Below, piece after piece: positions 50,932 through 64,000 of a stretch of 64,000 nucleotides of DNA. The position numbers and the translations under genes are program-made. Source of the stretch: Owenia fusiformis (Eukaryota); NCBI GenBank assembly GCA_903813345.2, contig CAIIXF020000001.1, positions 34,100,001-34,164,000 on the forward strand. The letters are read 5' to 3'. How positions within the stretch are numbered: position 1 is the stretch's first letter; each line of letters begins with the position of its first letter. The notes beneath the pieces are model-generated. The model worked only from the letters and a program-made list of their open reading frames with translations, ran no database searches and was not told the origin of the DNA.

Positions 50932-52315
50932 TAGTCCATGGTATGAAATCTCTAGGACGTCTAATAAAGGAGTTGGTAGCACACTATAGCGCAGCGATAT
51001 TTGACCTTACATTAACATACCTACATATGCCCCCTCATAATTTTTATTATAACCGTTCAATATAATTCCGGCTTTTAGGCTGAATTATGCCTGCCATCAA
51101 CAGAGGTCAAAAAATCACCAAAAAATAAAATCCCAATTTTTCACAATTTGGAGTACACAATGCATCAGAAAATAATAAAAAATGATTTTAAATGTATGAT
51201 TTAGGTTTCTAAGCTATAAGTTTGAGGTTATTTTTCTTATCAATACCACAAAATATGTAATCAGTGTATCGACGTTTTGTATTATTTCTCAGGTATTAAT
51301 AAGATAAGTGCTACAAATGAATCACTTTTATATTGGAATGACAAATGTTTAAATTATGCTAGTATTTCACAAAAGGGGTCTCAATACGTTTTGAGATATG
51401 AACTTTTATTCAGCGGTGAAAATTATCAATAAAGGCGGGACTATTGCTCTTCTTTGACTAATTGGGACTACAGCTAGCTAAAATTCTATTTCCCGTAGTT
51501 AGATATAGCTCAGTTGCTTATAAAACAACCATCAAGACTTGATCGAATTCATGAATAATTGAGAAAAATCGTTATCATTATCTTCCTAAAATTTGATTGT
51601 ATCAAGCGGTAAGGTCAAAAATCAAACAGCCATAAGAAAACTTGATGATAGCCACAAGTAACGTCGAGGAAGAATTTCAGGGCGTTCGATTGCATATGAC
51701 TCTAATTGATTAATAGACATGCCCTTTGTATATATGAACATTCCAATACCTCTGTAAAATTTAATTAGATATAAATCTTACCTATTTGTTATTGTTTTAT
51801 GTTTTGTAAAACATGAACAATAATATGTTGTTATACCCCTTGCGATTATATGGAAAAATTCTGGTAATAAAATGTTTTAAATGGTAAGAAAACTAATATG
51901 TTCCCAATCATAAATTAGCTAAATATTCCACATAATTTTGTTGAATCGGCTTGGCTCATATTTGAAAAATCAAGCAAAATCTGAAAAACACACTTGCATA
52001 ATTACACTAATTAAACACCGACATCAACGGTTAAATTAAATAGAATATTTTTAAATTATGATAATTTATTTTTGTTCGTAAACTTAGAATAACGGTCTGT
52101 GTCTTATAAAATGTATAAAAGTTCGAATCAAAATATTTACGTTTTTTGACCCCTTGTGATGAAAGACATTTTTCGACCCGAAAGCCGGAAGTTTTTTCAG
52201 CAAATGGTATTTTAAAAGAATCAAGACATGTACACCTTCATAAATATTGCTTCAAATGTTGCTGCGCTAGAGTGTGCTACGGATCCTTCGTATTCGGAAG
52301 TCATACCATGGACTA
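50932..52315 (+). mobile_element. Non-autonomous Academ-type DNA transposon, copy 2
   Basis: TIR TAGTCCATGGTATGA ... TCATACCATGGACTA. 3-bp TSD ATG (50929-50931, 52316-52318). Confidence 0.9.
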
Positions 52316-55090
52316 ATGAAGGAATTTTTCAGTTGATACAGATTACATGTGTACTTGAGCATACTGCAAAGGTTTGCGTGAGACCCCCACATGGGAAGTG
52401 GTGGAGGTTTTGACAAAATAGAAATTGGGCTGTCAAACTCAAATCATGGGAGTAACCTATTGAGTCAATTTCTCCATCCTGGAAGCAATAATAGAGAGTC
52501 AAATAAAGTGAAAATTCCCATTATTAACAATATACTTTCAAAAGTCTATATTCTCAGGACTCTTTAAATGGTGCATACTATTTGAGGATGTATAATGTTC
52601 ATGTTCACTAGGAAAATTCTAATTATAGTCCATTTGTCATTTTCTGAACGTAGAAATATGTAAAAGTATGTTTTATTGTGTAATCACTATTATTAGGGAT
52701 TCATGAAGTGATTCAGCTGGGTTGCACAAAAATCAACTTTGGGAAAAAAATTATATATACAAATAAAGGTGACCGTTATCGAATAGGTGATTATCTTCAA
52801 TATTTTGAAAACCAAACACATGCACATCATAATATCGGTGTTTAAACCCAGGTTTTCAGGGTCATCGAATAAGATAAAATTATGAAAATCAAGATTAGAA
52901 CAATTATCTTATTGTTAATGCAAAAAGGGCAGCCATTATGGAGATAGTGACTACCTTCAATATTTCGTAGACATAGCATAGTAGCATTACAATATTTGTG
53001 CCTAAACCTAAGTTTTCAGGGTCAAAGAATAAGACACCTTAATAAAAACGATTAAAACAATATTGATTGTGATTATGCAAATTAGAGCAGCCATTATAAA
53101 AATAGTAATTACCTTCACTATTTCGCAGACTTAGCATAGTAGAATCTCAATATTGGTGTATAAACCTAGGTTTTCACGGTCAACGAATAAGATACTTTAA
53201 TAAAAAAGATTAAAACAATATTGCTTGTGATTATGCAAATTAGGGCAGCCATTATAGAAATCAATATTTCGAAGACTTAGCATCACAATATTTGTGTCTA
53301 AACCTAGGTTTTCAGGGTCAAATAATAAAATACCTTAATAAAAAAGATCAAAACAATATTGATTGTGATTATGCAAATTAGGACTGCCATTATTGAAATA
53401 GTGATTACCTTCGATATTTCGCGGACAGTAGCATCGCAATATTGGTGTCTGAACCTAGGTTTCAAGGGTCCAAGAATAAGATACATTAATAAAAAAAAAA
53501 ATTAAAATAGATTGATTGTAATTACGCAAATTAGGGTGGCCATTACTAAATTATTGATTGTCTTCAATATTTCGGAAAAAGCACACTAGAATCACGATAC
53601 TGGAGTCTTAATAGTGGGCTGTATAGCAAGGTTGGTCGGGGTCGGGAGCTGGGGATAAATTTATTGCTTAAACATAACCATATCATCATTCTACATTAGA
53701 ATCCACTCAGTCTAACATCAATTTCTGGTGCGAAAGTTGTCATTTTTGAATTTTACCCCCATTGAAGACAAATTCTTGGGGGTACTATGACAAATGCTTA
53801 TAACTAAAGAAGTATTTATGTGATCATCTTCATTTTTGGCATGGGTAATTAACAGGTATGTAAAAGTGAAATTTGAAAAATTCATACAAATCGGGTTATT
53901 AATCCATCCTAAAGATAATAATTCAGGTATTTTCAAGGGTCAATTTCAACATTTTCTGGATGTCGACATGAAGTAAAAATAACATTATGACCCAATGACA
54001 TATTTATTGAATGTTTTTAGGCTTTAGGAAATAATTTGACTATATTAGCTAAAATAATAACATAAGAATTGTACCATATTGATAATTCTTCATCGCCATC
54101 CAGGCACAAATAAACCCCACCCCCTCCCCATTTTCGAATATAAAGGTCTATACCTGAAACTTCCTCAAATAGCTATATTTCAGAAACTATTACAGCCTAT
54201 ATTCCAAAATTTCTCATAGTGATTATTCACATCATACTCTGCATGATGGACATATAATTGAGATTTATCCATTCTATAGCTAATAATTAAGGTATTTTCA
54301 AGGTTCAATTTCAGCATTTTCGGAATGTCGCCATGAAGTAAAAATTACATGATCCAATGACATTTATTAAATGTTTTTAGGCTTTAGAAAATAATTTGAC
54401 TATATAAGCTAAGATAATAACATAAGAATTGTACGATATTGATAATTCTTCATCGCCATCCAGGGATAAATAACCCCCCCCCCCCATTTGCGAAAATAAA
54501 GGTTTTTACCTGAAACTTTCTCAAATAGCTATATTTCAGAAACTATTACAGCCTCCATTCCAAAATTTCTCTTGTTGACACTTTTGAGGGTGTAGCTAAT
54601 AATAATAGTATATTTATTAGACATCTTAGAAATCAAAATATATGTTTTAGAAGGTTGTCACAACACTACAAGAGAGATATTTTGGATTGTCATCATTTTT
54701 GAGAATATTACAAAAACATATTTATATTAAGCAATACTCACCTATTTTCATTTAACATAATTGAAGTATATTATCCAGCTAGTTTTAATGATTTCAGTAT
54801 ATGCATTTAATCCTGAGATGTACTTAGGTTTGATATCCATGAAGTAATCGTTTCTTTTTTGTTTGTAATTTAGTTTCTAAGCATAAAACTATAAGCATAA
54901 AATCTGTTTTGCTTTAGGATATACATTATCAATACCGTTGTCTAAACATTCAATTGACAACATTCAGTCAATATGCTTGACAACATTCAATAATGATTAA
55001 TATGTTCGACCAATATGTTTTTGAATAACTTCACTAATACAATTTGCTTGAGTATTTACTTCAACATTTGCTTCAAACAGTTGAACATTG

Positions 55091-55720
55091 TTAGCTATCA
55101 ACATTACCTGAAAAGATTTCATCTATGAAATTGTTGACTTCAGTATCTGTCATATCACCATCTGATTCTTCAATATAAATGTCTACCAACTCTTGTGGAA
55201 GAATAGCATCTGGATTTTCAGCCCATTGTATATCAAGTTCGCCATCTTCTAGGAGCCATCCATTTTCCGTTGATAGAGGCTTGAGGTTGAAATCTGTTGG
55301 CAAAATTTATGTATCGTACATGATTGATGTCTGTTTTTTCTTTTCCCCATACATGATGCACACAAATCTTTCGAGTTTTTGAAGATGCCTTTGGTCAAGA
55401 ACTATAAATTTTCCAAGTTCTTGAAAGATTGCATACATGTCCTTCCTCTTGATCAGCTGTTTCAGAGGGTTTATTTTTCCCTTTCTCATGAAGGCACTGG
55501 TGGTATTACACCCTGTAAAACAGTGGATACCGATCAGGGTGGCTGTGATTGGATCACCCAAACCTGCTGCAACTGTCTTCAATTCAATGAGACGCCTCTT
55601 GTTTGAAACTCCAGTGTCAAACAGTACTTTGAGACGTAGGTGTTTGCTGTAAATAAGCAGGAGTATGATAACATCTGTGTCTGGAGATCTGACAAGTATG
55701 GTCTTGGCCTCAGTCCCCAC
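55091..55720 (-). pseudogene. Academ transposase C-terminal XPG/FEN1-like nuclease domain fragment (left arm)
   Basis: ILVRSPDTDVIILL, HCFTGCNTTSAFMRKGK, LERFVCIMYG, ENGW...DIQW. Confidence 0.8.
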
Positions 55721-55859
55721 CTGCCTAAATCGGCATGTTCTGAATTTAAGAGAAGGCGTAGAGGTAAAATGCAGCCACTGCTAGTGAAAGGTCCCAAAAC
55801 TATAGGAAGGACTTCCTTTCAAATAGCAAAATTCACCTTGTCCAACTTATCCATGGGTC

Positions 55860-56466
55860 ACATGTTGTTAGTGAGGAAGTCCTAGACCTAAGGTGCAACC
55901 ATGATGAAGCTGACACAAAATCATTCTCCATGCTTTATATGCATCAATAAAGGTCTGGGCTGAGGCCCAGACCATACTTGTCAGATCTCCAGACACAGAT
56001 GTTCTCATACTCCTGCTAATTTACAGCAAACACCTAGATTTGTGTGCATCATGTATGGGGAAAAGAAAAAAACAGACATCAATCATGTATGATACATCAT
56101 GCACGATACATAAACAGATTTCAACCTCAAGCCTCTATCAACAACTATGATGGGATAGACATCAGTCTCCTTCCTCCATGCAGGTCATCCCTTGTTCAAC
56201 ATTGTAAAACATGTAACTACCAAGGTTACATATGGAAGCAGTCTCACAAAGCCCAAATGGATATACACTCTCCAGCAGAAAATGGATGGATCATAGAAAA
56301 TGGCGCACTTGATATACAATGGGCTGAAAATCCAAATGCCATTCTTCCACAAGAGTTGGTAGACATTTATAACGAAGAATCAGATGACGAAATTGATGAT
56401 GATATGACAGATAATGAAGTCAACAATTTCATAGATGAAATCTTTTCAGGTGATGTTGATAACTAA
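55860..56466 (+). pseudogene. Academ transposase C-terminal XPG/FEN1-like domain fragment (right arm)
   Basis: LRCNHDEADTK at ~55888-55920, ILVRSPDTDV, LLPPCRSSLVQH...NYQGYIW, ENGW...DIQW. Confidence 0.8.
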
Positions 56467-58254
56467 CAATGTTCAACTGCTTGAAGCAAATGTTGAAGTG
56501 AATACTCAAGCAAATTGTATTATTGAAGTTATTCAAAAACATATTGGTCGAACATATTAATCATTATTGAGTGTTGTCAAGCATATTGACTGGATGTTGT
56601 CAATTGAAATCATTAAAACTAGCTGGATAATATATTTCAATTATGTTAAATGAAAATAGGTGATTATTGCATAATATAAATATGTTTTTGTAATATTCTC
56701 AAAAATGATGACAATCCAAAATATCTCTCATATAGTGTTGTGACAACCTTCTAAAACATATATTTTGATTTCTAAGATCTCTAATAAATATACTATAAGT
56801 ATTAGCTACACCCCCCCAAAGAAAAAGTGTTAAGACTTCAATTATATGTATAATATGCAGAGTACGATGTGTATAATTAACAAGAGAAATTTTGGAATGG
56901 AGGCTGTAATAGTTTCTGAAATATAGCTATTTGAGAAAGTTTCAGGTAAAAACCTTTATTTTTGCAAATGAGGGGGGGGGGTATTTATCCCTGAATGGCG
57001 ATGAAGAATTATCAATATCGTACAATTCTTATGTTATTATCTTAGCTTATATAGTCAAATTATTTTCTAAAGCCTAAAAACATTTAATAAATATGTCATT
57101 GGGTCATGTAATTTTTACTTCATGGCGACATTCCGAAAATGCTGCAATTGAAGCTTGAAATAAAATAATTATTAGCTATAGAATGGATAAATCTCAATTA
57201 AATGTCCATCATGCAGATTATGATGTGTATAATCAACAAGAGAAATAAATTTTGGAATGTAGGCTGTAATAGTTTCTGAAATTTAGCTATTTGAGGAAGT
57301 TTCAGGTATAGACCTTTATATTCGAAAATGGGGAGGGGGTGGGGTTTATTTGTGCCTGGATGGCGATGAAGAATTATTAATATGGTACAATTATTATATT
57401 ATTATTTCAGCTTATATAGTCAAATTTTTTTCTAAAGCCTAAAAACATTCAATAAATATGTCATTGGGTCAAATTGTTATTTTTACTTCATGTCGACATT
57501 CAGAAAATGTTGAAATTGACCCTTGAAAATACCTGAATTGTTATCTTTAGGATGGATTAATAACCCAATTTGTATGAATTTTTCACATTTTACTTTTACA
57601 TACCTGTTAATTACCCATGCCAAAAATGAGGATGATCACATAAATACTTCTTTAGTTATAAGCATTTGTCATAGTACCCCCAAGAATTTGTCTTCAGGGG
57701 GGGGGTAAAACTCAAAAATGAAAACTTTCGCACCAGAAATTGATGTTAGACTGAGTGGATTCTAATGTAGAATGATAATATGGTTATATTTAAGCAATAA
57801 AATTATCCCCAGCTCCCGACCCCGATCAACCTTGCTATACAGCTCACTATAACCCAGGATTATAGGGTCAACTAATAAGATGAAATGATGAAAAATTATG
57901 AAAACAATGAAGATTGTAATTATGCAAATTAGGGCAGCCATCATCGAGTTATTGATTATCTGCAATATTTTGTAGACTAAGCCAAGTAGCATCATAGTAC
58001 TGGTTATAACATACCTATGATGATGTACAGTGCAAAGTGTACACAAGACGGCGGGCCAATATAAGTTTTGAAAAGCCCGCGCCCGCTAACTTTCTGATTG
58101 GTCAAGGCGCTGACGTCATAACCAATCAATCGAAGATAAAACTGCGCGAGCAATTTTTCTAAACTCATTTCAATCATTTTCAAACCATTTGTTTTTCAAT
58201 TCTTTAAGAAAATGGTACTCTCTGACCAGTCTACATCATTATAGGTATGTTATA

Positions 58255-58380
58255 AATCGTTTATGTCACTATCGTTGCACATATGCCCTCGGTTCTCAGA
58301 GATCAATGTCCCTCCCAAGGTCGGGCCATATATCACTGAGACCTCGGGCATATATGCCACGATAGTGACATAACCTCTAA
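58255..58380. repeat. ~115-bp hairpin (possibly part of a Crypton-type non-autonomous element, ~58010-58385)
   Basis: TTATGTCACTATCGT.GCA.ATATGCCC ... GGGCATATATGCCACGATAGTGACATAA. Confidence 0.6.
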
Positions 58381-58930
58381 TTATTAAGTTCTGGTTTTCT
58401 GGGTCAAAGAATAAGATAACATGATAAAAAATATCAAAACAATTATGATTGTGATAATTGATTATCTTTAATATTTCGGAGACTAAGCAAAGTAGCGTTA
58501 TAATGCTGGTGTCCAACCCCAGGTTTTCAGGGTCAACGAATAAGATGGAATTATAAAATAGATTAAAACAAAAGTGATTGTAATTATGCAAATGAGGGCT
58601 TTTATTCTTTATTTATACTTATGATTTATATTCAATGAACCTGATAAAACATTCCGAGACTTTTTAATTAAATATGCTAAATCTGCATATATGCGCAATA
58701 TCTAATAAGTTATTGTATATTTTAACATTAAATTATTCATTGACTGCCAAAGTTTAAAAACATTGCTGGCAGTAAAAAACGATGCCCAACCTAAATTGCA
58801 TATATCATTTTCCCCCAAAGCTATTTTCGGCAACCCAATAAATCACTAATGAAAACCCTCAATTGGTCCGTAATTTTAATTCTACTGCAAGCCCGATAAA
58901 CAAAATATTTTGAATAAGAGCGATATTTCA

Positions 58931-59558
58931 ACTAGAAAAAAGCAATTTCACAGAGAAGCAAATCCCACCGAAGAAAATATGTTGTGATAAATAGCGGCAA
59001 TCTTTGTCCCTAGGTATCAGCATATGAAATCTGAAATAAATTCGCCCATTGGTATTTGAAAGGTTATGTTCTTTTACGAAAAATAATGGCCATTCTGATA
59101 TTCAGCTGTCATTTGAAATTATTTCTTAAGCAGAGCTCCTTTCTCCCCAGGCACCAGCAAATAAAATTTGAACCAACTCCGTCCACTGGTATTTGAGTTA
59201 TCAAAGATTACGTTTTTCTATGAAAAATGGTGGCCATTTAAAAATTCAGCGGCAATCTTGAAAATCTCTTCTTGAGCAGAGCTCCATTGTCGCTAGGCAT
59301 CAGCATATAAAATTTGAATGAAATCCATCAACTCGTATTTGAGTGATCAAAGATTTCATTTTTAAAGAAAAATGGTGGCCGTTTTGAATTGAGTGGCTAT
59401 ATTGAAAGTTCTTCTTGGGCAGAGGTCTTACGGCCATAGACATAACCCTATAAAATCTGAATCGAATCCATCGACCAGTTTTCAAGTTATCGCTAGGACA
59501 GACGAACGGACGGACGTTTTTTCTGTATCTCCCTCGACCTCCGTCAGGTTGGATCATT
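58931..59558 (-). mobile_element. Helentron/HINE-like element with four ~145-bp tandem units, no TSD
   Basis: Starts ACTAGAAAAAAGCAATTTC. Units are anchored on AGGCATCAGCATATAAAATTTGAA at ~59012, 59149, 59296 and 59438, with GACAGACGAACGGACGGACG near the other end. An uninterrupted paralogous site is at ~60313-60345. Confidence 0.6.
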
Positions 59559-60351
59559 AAAAGATATGTTAAATTGCATATATGCACAATATTCTAATTA
59601 TTCTTGTATCTTTTAACATTATCTTATTCATTGACCCTGAAAAATGAGTAAAGGCACAACAATTGTGACGCTATCATTCTTACTTTTTAAGATATGGAAG
59701 AAATTCAATATTTCAATAATGGCTGCCCCATTCGATTTTCAATACTTTCATGCCAATCGTACCGCACTACAAACTGCAACATCGATGCAACAACTGAATA
59801 AAAGTATTCATCTTCAAATTACATTATAGAGTAACGTTGAAAACCCACAAACAACTGAGCAGTAGACCAAAGAAGACACGTCGCTATTATCTAGGTCAAT
59901 CTGTTCCGTGGTCCGAAAGCAAATCTATAGTACTTGTTTCCGAATTTTGTTGTTCATTGTACAATCTTTTATTGATTAAACTCGGTATACGACTATTAAA
60001 GCAATGACAAAGAAGAATACTTTCGATGGTGTCATTGTTTTATTTAGCGTGCGGGTGTAAAAACAAAATTGCGTAATTAGTTTGATTTAGAACTTTCGGG
60101 TCACGCAAATAGCTACGCGAAATGCATAGTGGGAAAATATTGACCAATCAAATTTTTTTCCTTTTTGAGTGCTTTTTCAGAACATATTTGCGAACGTTCT
60201 GATTCAAAGAGCGAACCGCGAAAGGGAGAATTAAATCACTTAGGAAACTCTGAATTCACCAGTAATTCCAATTGTACTGCAAGCCTGATTAACAAAATAT
60301 TTTGAATAAATGCGATATTTCAATTATAAAATATGCTAATTTGCATATATA

Positions 60352-60480
60352 CAGGGTGGGCCAAAATAACAATACCCAACTTCAAATCAGGATAAAAATA
60401 GTTACATTCAATATGGTACATTGACTTGCATATCATTTTAAAGGTTATACAATTTCAAACAATTAGGTATATAACACTAT
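60352..60480 (+). mobile_element. Tc1/mariner-type MITE end (unpaired)
   Basis: TA|CAGGGTGGGCCAAAATAAC. Similar unpaired TA|CAG-type ends occur at 20946 (+), 27394 (-), 48489 (-) and 63747 (+). Confidence 0.5.
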
Positions 60481-61019
60481 GTCATAAAATCAATAGTAAA
60501 GTTTTATTATACTTATTTGGGAGGCCGGGTTGCTATTTAAGGTCTCCAGATTTAAGGGAGAAAATAGTAAATCTGCGGAATTATGTTAATTTTTTATTCA
60601 CAGAATATCATTCATTTGTTAGGTGAATACATTCTTGGATATTAATATTTGCATCATTGTGTGACTAGATTTATTGTTTATGAATTTCAGTGTTGTTTAA
60701 TAACAGTTTACACTTTATTTATTTAAACAATTTTCACAATTGCTCAATATACCCCCACCCCCTTCCCTCTCCATCAACAATAAGCTTCAAGTGGTAGCGC
60801 AATCTATCAATAGCCTTATTGAGAGATTTCTGTCATGGTTGACGAAGGGTTGCTGGCGGAATTAGGAAAAGTTTGCAATCTTTTCCCAATTTCCCAATTT
60901 GGCGCTGTGCCACTTCGAGTGTTTCAAGATCTTCAGGCTTGTAATTGATTATCTGGTCACTATAGAGCATTTTTGGCACGCTAAAGCTATTATACAGTTT
61001 TGATGCTACGAGTGGGGTA

Positions 61020-63702
61020 TACTTCTCATTATATTTCGAAAGACTGAATATTCATAAAACCAATTTTTTTTGTCTTTAAGACGGTTAAATACATAGTGTT
61101 CTGTTAAAATATTTCCATTTTCATCAAAGAAATCTTTCAAATATATGAAGCCTACTTTTACCCAGTTTTTAAAAAGAATGACCTTATCTTTCCATTTAAA
61201 GTTAAAGTTAAGCCAAAGCACTTCATTAAAAATGCTGTTATTATTAATTTTCTTTTTATCTTTGCACATGTTAAAATCTATAAAAATGTTCCTGTAAAAC
61301 AAAGATTCTTTGAAGATATTGTCAGTAGTTCTTGTTTTCAAAAAATCTTTAACTTGAAACCCCATTTGATTTATATAATATGTAGGAATGCTTTTCCATG
61401 CACTTGTGCTATTTATCAATCTGGGTACCTAGGCACATCTTAGACTGGCAATTTTAGTGTCTATATCAACTAAATTAAGACCCCCATCTATAGTTTTTCC
61501 AATTATAACATCTCTTTTTACACATTTCTTTTCCATAAAAATGCAAAGATCATTTTTCTTAATTCTTTTTTCACCCATTCTGGAACATCTAGAATTGTAA
61601 AATTATAGATAAATTTTGAAATGGCTAGTGAATTTATAATGTGAACTTTTCCAAATAAACTCAATTTTCTTTTTTTCCAGGATTCAAAAAGTTTTTCCAT
61701 GTCTTTTATTTTTGGTTTTCAGTTTAATTCTTCACAAAGCTTCTCGTTATGACCTATGTATACTCCTAAACATTTCATATAATAGGGTCGTTAGTAAATT
61801 GTACTCCATGTATTTTACTGTTTTCCTGTTTTTTAAGATTTCCTAACACAATTCCCGTAGTTTTCCCCAAATGTAATTTTAAACCTGAAACCTTTGAAAA
61901 TTGTTTAATTGTTTCCACTGCATGAGAAATAGAGTTTTCATCTTTCATAATAAGTGTCGTATCATCTGTATGCTGAATTATTTTCAGAACATTTCCATTT
62001 ATATCAATACCACTTATATTTTCATTTTGTAAGATTGCTTTAGATAAAAATTCGACACAGAGATTGAATATCAAAGCCGATGCTGGGCAACCTTGCTGTA
62101 TACCTTTTGTAGTTTAATTTCTCTTGAAATATGTCCATTGTTTTTTAGTACCAGTTTTGGGTCATTGTAAAAAGTCTTGATCATTTTTATGAATTTCGGA
62201 CCAAAAATTAGTCTTTTCAATTGCTACATCAATAAAAATATCTTTGATTTGTTCCCAAAAAGTTTTATAAAATTATCATCATTACCAGGGCTTTTGTTAT
62301 TCTTAAGATTATTTACGGCTGCATATGATTCTTCTTCAGTAACATCATTTTCACATTCTTGTTTTTCATTGTTATTAAGTACATGTTCTATGTTTACATT
62401 ATCTAAAAAATCAGTTATAAGTTCCTTTTCAAGTAAATCACTAGAATACAAATTTTCATAAAATTTAGCAGATTCCTTTTAGATATCTTTATCAGTATAT
62501 GCATACCCAGAGCTTGTTTATATTTTTCTGATTACATTGTGTTTCTGCCTTGTCTTTTCAAGAGAAAATAATATTTAGTACTTTTTCACCTTCTTCCATG
62601 TATTTTGCTTTTGACCTTACAAAGTATCCATTGATCTTATCATCATATAACTTATTAAGTTTTGATTCATTTTATAATTTGAGTATGTCAAGGCTTTTTC
62701 TGACTTCAGCATTTTTCTATAGCATTAGATAATTCATCAATTTCCTTTTGAACATATGACATCACATTTTGTTTTAATCTTGATTTGGTTATTGCATACC
62801 CTATGGATGTCCTTTTGATTTTTCTTTTTAAGATTTCCCCAAAAATTCGTATTGACTTTACATATGAATATTGATTTTTAACCCACTGTATACACTCATT
62901 TATTTTGTTACAATATGTATTATCAGCCAGAAGGCTGCTATTTAGTTTCCAATAACCTTTGCCTTTTTTGTTTTGTGAAATTTTAACATTAATTAAAACA
63001 CATTTGTGGTCTGCTTTAAGTGCTTGCATTAAATATATTCTTTTTATGTCAAATAGAGAATTATCTGATATGAGGATAAGTCAATACGACTTTTTGATCC
63101 ATTTTTGTCATAAAATGTAAAATCAACTTTGTTTTTATTTTTTATATCTTTTAAGTTAAAACGTTTGACGATATGATTACAAAGTGTCTCCCTACTTCTA
63201 TCTATTACTTTGGTTTTAGCATTTGAAACTCTATCTTCATCTTTCATAACGCAGTTAAAGTCACCTGCACAAAAAATATCATCACAAGTACTGTGATCAT
63301 CAATCATTTTGCTTACTAAATGGAAAAAAGTTACTCTTCCATTAACATTGTTTGGTGCATATACATTAACTAAAGTTACAGGTTTGCCTTCAATATTCAC
63401 ATTTACAAGAACACATCTTCCATTTTTATCATCAAATTTTTCAACAACATCACAATCAAAAGATTTGTTTATTAAAATAGTTGCTCCTCTAGAATGATGT
63501 GAGTTTGTTAAAGCATGATAGGAGTTAAAGCCAAAGTCTTTAAATGAAGTATCTATTTCATCTACATTATCTATGTTGCAGAATGTTTCCTGAAGGAAAA
63601 TGATATCAATTTTTGGGTTTTTAATCCAGTACAATAATTTGGTTCTTTTGTTAATGTCACTTAGTCAACTTACATTAGGGTTGAAAATCTCACATTAGAC
63701 AT
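61020..63702 (-). pseudogene. Degraded Tx1/L1-clade LINE ORF2 (APE endonuclease and RT), lacking its 3' end
   Basis: ATG at 63702. IIFLQET, NVYAPN, AGDFN, SRIDL, ADHK (APE); YWKLNSSLL, KSPGND, QQGCP, QHTDDTT, SGLK, WKKRKLSLFGKVHIINSLAISK. Many stops and frameshifts. Confidence 0.9.
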
Positions 63703-64000
63703 ATAAAATTAAAATAAACTGGTTTGTTAACATATGGTATATATTATAGGGTGTCTCAAAAAAATGTACCCAAAAGTATATCAACACCACAGACAAACCA
63801 ATCAATATTTTCAGACATTTTTTGCATGTTCATGTAGATAAAAGATGAACGTTTTTTCCCCCATGCACAGTTTTTAATTCAGTTTTGCCTTTTTGATACT
63901 TTAACCCGTTACCTTTTACACCACATATTCAATGTAACCTCATATTTCGATGACAGTCTGCATCCTTACGACTTCATTGTTCATCACATTTGATATTTCT

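Larger units (their letters stand above)
53612..57849. mobile_element. Palindromic Academ derivative made of two outward-pointing 3' halves
   Basis: TAGTG(G/A)GCTGTATAGCAAGGTTG(G/A)TCGGGGTCGGGAGCTGGGG at both ends. TSD TAA (53609-53611, 57850-57852). Inverted arms of ~2 kb include transposase coding sequence and ~365-bp internal duplications. Confidence 0.9.
52780..58600 (+). repeat. ~155-160-bp tandem array interrupted by the Academ palindrome (53612-57849) and a hairpin element (~58010-58385)
   Basis: The anchor AAACCTAGGTTTTCAGGGTCA occurs at ~52844, 53004, 53162, 53300 and 53451. It is split at 53611/57850 and resumes at ~58390 and ~58515. Confidence 0.8.

Noticed and set aside
1..64000. 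Host protein-coding gene
   Set aside because: No non-TE ORF has a recognisable domain. Small exons cannot be excluded without transcript data.

Overview
AT-rich eukaryotic (animal) genomic DNA. The repeat repertoire (Academ, Kolobok, Transib-like, Hero, Tx1, Helentron-type elements) suggests a marine invertebrate, which is an inference. I found no host protein-coding gene. The window is a dense, nested transposable-element field, and many elements can be delimited to the base from their termini and target-site duplications (TSDs). (1) A full-length Gypsy LTR element (29177-35342) is interrupted by a hAT element, which itself carries a Kolobok MITE. (2) An R2/Hero-type non-LTR element is split by two insertions about 50 bp apart: a full-length CR1/L2-group LINE (36909-44404, with a 2A-like peptide and a nested Harbinger) and a CACTGTG-ended Transib-like element (44466-47521, with a nested AcademH-like MITE and a Helentron-like element). 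(3) There are two Tx1/L1-clade LINE fragments, two copies of an Academ MITE, a 4.2-kb palindromic Academ derivative made of two 3' halves, a MULE/Foldback-type element with tandem-array arms, two further CAC-ended palindromic elements with 5-bp TSDs, and a tRNA-like Pol III unit. All coding remnants are TE-derived and mostly disrupted. I cannot support a claim of a wholly new system. The best leads are the three unrelated CAC/5-bp-TSD (Transib/RAG-like) families, the Academ palindrome with complementary deletions, and the membrane-leader plus 2A-like junction in the LINE ORF2. Family assignments come from motif recognition by eye, not database searches.
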